A stretch of 59,563 nt of DNA, filler included, from Bipalium vagum (lineage: Eukaryota), in the NCBI GenBank assembly GCA_037834085.1. It is 3 parts of 3 records of this genome, joined end to end, with 100 filler letters (N's around TTAATTAATTAA, not from the genome) between each part and the next. Parts side by side here need not be neighbours in the genome. Positions count along the whole stretch, not along the records: positions 43,506 to 59,563 come from JBBMKC010129440.1; 2 more parts are not named here. The stretch is one strand, 5' to 3'. Positions 54,023-59,563 of this stretch are shown piece by piece. A model generated the notes under the pieces. The model was not told the DNA's origin, searched no databases, and was given only the letters and a program-made list of their open reading frames with translations. Each line of letters opens with the position of its first letter. Positions within the stretch are counted from its first letter, which is position 1. Position numbers and translations under genes: made by a program.

Positions 54023-54855
54023 GACTGATTTCAATTGTTTTTTGTGTGACCTTCAAGTGTCTATTTAAACAAAAAATAATTATTATTAATATTATTTTAC
54101 AATAAACAAATTATTACATATCATTGGTTTTGTTTTGAAATGGTAATTATTTTATTAGGAAAATAATTATTTTTCTTCACAAGAAATTATATTAAAAGAC
54201 GATATTAATTTTTTATGATAACATAATAATCAATAAAAATAAATATAAAATTTCAGAGAGAAAAATAGTATTATTTCTTGTGCTTTACCATTAAAGGAGA
54301 ATTTTTTTTAATTTCCGATAAGACTTCGTTGAATACGAAATTCAGTAAAACAAACCGAATTATTTCATTGTATTAATTAATATTTTCTCTGTTTCGTTGT
54401 TACATTGAAGCAATTATCTTTTATTTTCTTCGTTTCGTCTATAATATTTTATAATAATAATTAATTTTGTTTTGCTGATCTAAAAATAATTCTGTTTTTA
54501 AATTAAAAATAATTATTTGATAAATTTCACTTTGCATCAAAATCTGTTTTAATTAAATATGGAAGCCGTTGCTCATAGAGAGAGATCCACCGTAAAATGT
54601 ATGAAATTATTAAGGATAAAAATAGCAAAAAAATACTTATTTCAACAATTTCTTTTATGTTGGTTTTTTACTCGTTTTATTCTCCTCTGAAGAAATGCAA
54701 ATAAATAAAAAAATATAAATAAATTTCGATAGTTTTTAAGGACCAATAATATTATTAAATTACTCGGAAATTTTACTTATTTATTTTTCTAGAATTTAAA
54801 TGATTTTTTTGTTTTTATTATTTATTAATCAATTATCAGGATAATCAATATAATA

Positions 54856-55718
54856 TTAGGTGTGCAAATAAATTTCAAAACGTTTTGATTAAAAGTATTT
54901 CTTCAATATAATGTTGAATACTAATTATTTTTTAAACATTTTTTATTTGAAGCATTTTATCGGTTTGTTTTATTAATCAATTAATAATCTATATTAAAGC
55001 GTAATATTTTATATAAAAAACTATCGTGTATCTAATTTGCTTTCTAAACACCATAGGAAATCTTTCTAGCGAAAAATAGTAACTGTTGACAAGAAATGGA
55101 TCTATGACGAAAATCCTAAAAGATTATAACATTGGGTAGATCCAGGTCGATCAACAGAATGTGCATCAAAACGCAGTTTCTTGCAAAAAATTAGTTTTTC
55201 TTATCTGGTGGGATATCAAGAGTGGGTGTATGTTGAATTTCCCCAACCACATGAAACCGTTATGGTGATCTCTATAAAGATCAGTTGCAGCGATTGAATA
55301 ACTAAATCCATTTAAAACTTCCTTTCATTGGCAAAGGCCGAAGTCCAGTAAAATTGTCTCATGATAACTCTAGGCTTTATATTGAGAGGTCATTTACGGA
55401 TAAGTTATTATGATATAGTTGGTACGTTTTGCAACATGCTGCGCATAGTAACCTTTGTCGCTCAAACAGATTTGATTTGCTCAATGCAAAAAGTATTAAC
55501 TGATGTACCCTACCAAACGTTAGAGGAAATAGGAAAAAGGGACTTGATTTCATCAAGTCAAAAGAATTTTTTCATATCGGAATTCATTTTTTGCCAGAAT
55601 AATAAAGTTACGTGATAAACAAGAACAGTGAATATTTTGAAGACTAACTTTATCATATTTTTTTATAATAAATGTTGAAACTTCAAAAAATCGTTTTAAA
55701 ACTTATTTGTACAGCTAA
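54856..55718 (+). mobile_element. Internally deleted mariner with both TIRs
   Basis: TIRs ttag(g/c)tgt(g/a)caaataa.ttt.aaaacg; motifs IVTVDKKWIY.ENPKR...WVDPG and IWWDIK. Confidence 0.85.
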
Positions 55719-56124
55719 AATATCACTCGAAAATCCCAAAAATAATTTTGTCTCTTACAAAAGCGTTTTTCAAAAATACTTTAAAAACTAATAATAATGT
55801 TCATTAATAACCATATTTGTTAATCTGTCACCTTAATAACTTTTTTCTACAAACCTTCTCAGAACACAAATTTCATTAGCCGCTCTCGACATTTGAAAAC
55901 ACACAAATAATCTGATACTGTGCACAAAATAACTTGATATACACTACCACTCAAAAGTATCAAACTAAAACGTAGACGAATGTTGAATTTTGAAATAAGA
56001 GTCTTTCTTAACTTTTGCATTTATTTTTAGATTCCACTATAGTTGTATAATATGTGAGTTTAATGTATTAATAATGATATTAATAATGTGTGTGTGTGGA
56101 TTTAATTTGAAGACACTACTGTTA

Positions 56125-57870
56125 TACATTGAAAAAATTGTTTTATTACAGATTTTTTTAGTAAATGCATTTTTCGAAGTAAGCTGTGCTTATTTGCAGA
56201 AAACTTAAATATTATTACACAAAATAGCCAAAATGAGAGAATTAACAACAACAGAACGATAAAGAATTCTGGCTCATCAAGAAGAGGGTTACTCTCAAGT
56301 TCTAATTTCTCAGAAAATGAAAATATCTGGATATCCCGTTTTCAGGTTCTGCGATCACAAAAAACAAGCAAGATAGAGAAATCAAAAAAAAATTCTGTTA
56401 ATAGACGTTTAACAGCAGGAATTATAGTTGAAAAATATAAGGATATTCAGGAAGTGAATGTCAGAGTATCTACCATAAAACGCAAGGTAAGACGTGTAGC
56501 AGTTGAGTAAATGCAAAAAAAATTTATAAAACAAAAACTGAGATCGTCCATGAAACATCTACATTGGCCATTTTAAGTAATAGAAAAGGTCCTGTGGACA
56601 GATAAATCAGACTTCTAGATTTTCGGTTCTACTCGCATGACATTCGTTATCAGATTTACTACAGACCACGAAGGTATAAGGAAAATTGTTTGATACCTAA
56701 AGTGATGTTTGGAGATGTTTGGAGGACAAAATGTTGACTAATTGCACAAAATAGAAAGAACCATGACAAAAGAGATTTGTAGGAATATTTTGGAAAAGAT
56801 GGTTAGGCCAACTTGGAGACGATTATTTCAACATAAATATATATTAATGCATGAAAATCATCTAAAACATACAAGAAAGATATGCAGATCATCTTTTTTA
56901 GTTTCTCCTAGGGTGATTTTTAAGTACATGATTATTTAATGGGGGAAAATAAAAAAGATGATTTTTATTTGGGGAGAGGAACTAAAAAAGATGATTCACA
57001 AAGGAAGAGCACCCGACCAGGAATTATGGGTTTTTGGGATAATCGATTGTTCAACAAAATTAATTTATTTGCAATTAATGGAGAATCGAGTAGCGTCAAC
57101 CTTACAATCGCTAGTCAAAAATGGATCAATAATTATGAGTTACAAATGGAAAAGCTATTTCAAATAATCTAAACAAAATAATTTTAATCACTTAACTGTG
57201 AACCATAAATTTTATTTTGCGAATCCGAGTAATTCTGGCGATACTCAAACAATTGAAAGTCTATAGAGTTGTTTAAAAAACAAAGTTATCACCATGAAAG
57301 GTATATATGGGAGTGTTTTGGCTTCTTATTTTTTGGAATTGGTGTGGCGTCAAAACATTCAAAAAAAACAATGAAAAGGCAATTTTTAATTTAATAAATT
57401 TTTACAAATATTATTTTTGTTTTTTATTTATTTTTTATTTGTTAATTTTTTATTGCTGGGGAAAATAAAATAGATGATTAATTTGGGGAAAAACTAAGAA
57501 AGATGATCCTGATATATGAAGCCTACTTGGAGGGGTTAGAAATGCAGAATATCCTCCAAGTAATGGAATGGCCTCCTAAATCGCCAGATCTTAACTTTAT
57601 TGAATTACTGTTGAATGAATTGGACAGAAAAATTCGACAACAAAAGCCATTCTCAGCAAAGAGTCTTTGGTAGACACTAGAAATACAATGGTTCGCGATA
57701 ACACAATAAATTCTATGGAAATTGTCAATCAGATTCCGAGAAATTTTATAGCTGTTATCAAAGATCACGGACGCTACTTTGATAAATGTTATGCTAAAAA
57801 AACTAAAACGACAAAAACTGAGGAAAAAAGATTTACCAGAAATCAAAAGATATTATATTTATATTTTTAA
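56125..57870 (+). mobile_element. Tc1-like DD38E (Intruder-type) transposon, decayed and interrupted by a Merlin
   Basis: MRELTTTER..EGYSQ, KVLWTDKS, and HENHLKHTRKIC | EAYL...MEWPPKSPDLNFIE. There are 38 residues between the second acidic position and E once the insert is removed. Outer boundaries are approximate. Confidence 0.82.
56886..57509 (+). mobile_element. Merlin-derived non-autonomous element nested in the Tc1
   Basis: TIRs (a/g)gatcatcttt.ttagttt; degenerate 8-bp TSD agatatgc/tgatatat; motifs HKGRAPDQELWVFGIID, VKNGSIIMSYKWKSY, NHLTVNH, TQTIES. Confidence 0.9.
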
Positions 57871-58092
57871 TTATTTTTAAATTTTATTTTTTGGGATAGA
57901 TGTAGATACCAATGTTGGCTTAAAAACTCAGGAAAAGAAAAATATTTGTGCTACTGTTACCAAGCAACGGTAAGGTACAGATGAAATAAATATTAATTTC
58001 AATATGTGGATGTAATAGGATTTGGTGTACTTGTTTCACATTCATTTTCTTATTTATAAATATCATTAGAAAATAACTTGAAAAATAACGGT

Positions 58093-58293
58093 TCAGCGTT
58101 TTTTTGACAACGATTTAGATTTCTTTTTATAATCATTTATAATGACCCATGCAGTTTTATATTTTATTCCGAGTACAGCAGAAGCTTCATTTAAATCTAA
58201 TGATTGCATTTGAACCATTTCGATTAATTGCTTTCTCTTCTCGTTGCTCATAGATTGATTTTTTCTGAAATCTGTTTGCGCGGATTTTTCCAT
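58093..58293 (-). mobile_element. N-terminal HTH fragment of an IS630/Tc1-like transposase
   Basis: MSNEKRKQLIEMV...LNEASAVLGIKYKTAWVIINDYKK is a homeodomain-like HTH pattern typical of these transposases. No catalytic part was seen. Confidence 0.5.
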
Positions 58294-59563
58294 TTTTAAA
58301 AAATACGAAAATATGGATGTAATAAAATAAACAAATTTGTTTGAAAATTGAAATGCAAAATTCAAAAATTGAAGTAGAAATGGTATATTTCTCAGTTAAA
58401 TATGGTTTCTTAAGTTTATCAACAGAAAAAATTCAATGAAATTATTATTTTATTTTGTTTATAATAATAATTATTATTATTATTATTGCTGTTGTTGTTG
58501 TCAAAAATTGTGAGGACTATAATAGTATTATTGAATTTTTTTATAATTTTTTAAGTAATTTTTTTATTTAAAATTTTTTGGAAAAAAAACAAATACTTCA
58601 ATGTTATCAATTTTCCATTCTAATTTTGTTCATTCAAAATAAAAATATAATATAATATAAAATCACAAAATGTGAGTATGGAACTGTCATTATAATTACG
58701 ATTATTATTAAAGAGAAATAGGAAATATTTCAAAAATATTTTTAGTTCCAAAAACCGAAGCAATACTCCCATATTCCTTCATCGAGAACTCTTCTGGACA
58801 TAATTTTTAATTAAAAATGCAATCATCTCAAATGAAAATATAATAATATAATTTTTTATGACCAATGAAAAAGAAATTAATAAATGACATTATCTTCAAT
58901 TATAATGCATGAAAAATGTAATATAAAATTATTGGTTTTACTAAAACTGGATGAAATGTGACGAAAATAATAATGAATCGATATTTTATGTTACAGATTA
59001 TTTATGTTACATTTATTATATTATTGAAATATTAATATAAAATATAATCTCGTTCATACCGCGTTATAGTGTTCTACTATTTTAAATTATTCTTTATATT
59101 TTTATAAAGCAATATTTTGATAATATATTATACATTTTAAATTTATTTATATAAAATATTATTTATATTAGAATAATATTTTATATTATTATAAATAATA
59201 AAAATTAATAATTATAAAATAATATTATCATTTAATTTTATTTATATTTTACAAAGCTCACACTCTAATGCTAATATATTTAAGTGATAAAATATTTGTC
59301 TTGTAATTTTGTTATTATTTTTTTAAGAAAATAATAACAATAATAAAATAATAAAATTGTAATAATTAACATTAATATTTTATTAATAAGTAAAACGTTC
59401 GATAATAAAAATGTAAGTCAAACAGAATATCGAAAAAATAATATTTTAATTATTTATGACCAATGAAAAAAAGTTAATAAAATTATCTGTATTTGTGAGC
59501 AGCAAAATGGTTGCCATTTGACTGATGTGGTTTACCATACATAATCCTGAAATAACTCCTGTA

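Noticed and set aside
53790-54068. Plus-strand 92-aa ORF with a hydrophobic N-terminus
   Set aside because: It is the antisense shadow of PKA-RII exons 1-2.
1-59563. CRISPR arrays, rRNA, tRNA, operon-like or defence systems
   Set aside because: No repeat-spacer array or RNA-gene signature was visible by eye, and the DNA is spliceosomal animal sequence. tRNAscan-SE and Infernal would be needed to exclude small ncRNAs.

Overview
This is a very AT-rich, intron-containing animal (invertebrate-like, unidentified) genomic scaffold, not prokaryotic DNA. It has five N-gaps. Two of them are artificial 100-bp joins (44N-TTAATTAATTAA-44N) at 26739-26838 and 43406-43505, so the window is effectively three contig blocks. 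Three host genes could be read by hand. (1) Two minus-strand exons encode domain III S1-S4 of a T-type Cav3 calcium channel. (2) A 9-exon casein kinase I gamma (gish-like) gene lies on the plus strand at 33572-41391, with a long proline-rich tail and a Cys-Cys/basic membrane anchor. (3) Seven minus-strand exons encode a type II PKA regulatory subunit (54022 to 44373; 3' end not found before the gap) whose inhibitor site reads PRQS instead of RRxS. Much of the rest is decayed DNA transposons: several DD34D mariners, a DD41D, two maT/DD37D-type elements, a DD38E Tc1 split by a composite Merlin, other Merlins, a pogo-like MITE and an integrase remnant. The best leads are the non-canonical PKA-RII, possible switchable C-termini of CK1-gamma, an ATCGAT-rich transposon-free domain over the CK1-gamma gene, and two unidentified coding-like inserts next to transposons that may be endogenous viral fragments. 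I found no CRISPR array, rRNA or tRNA, and no clearly new multi-gene system that the sequence alone supports.
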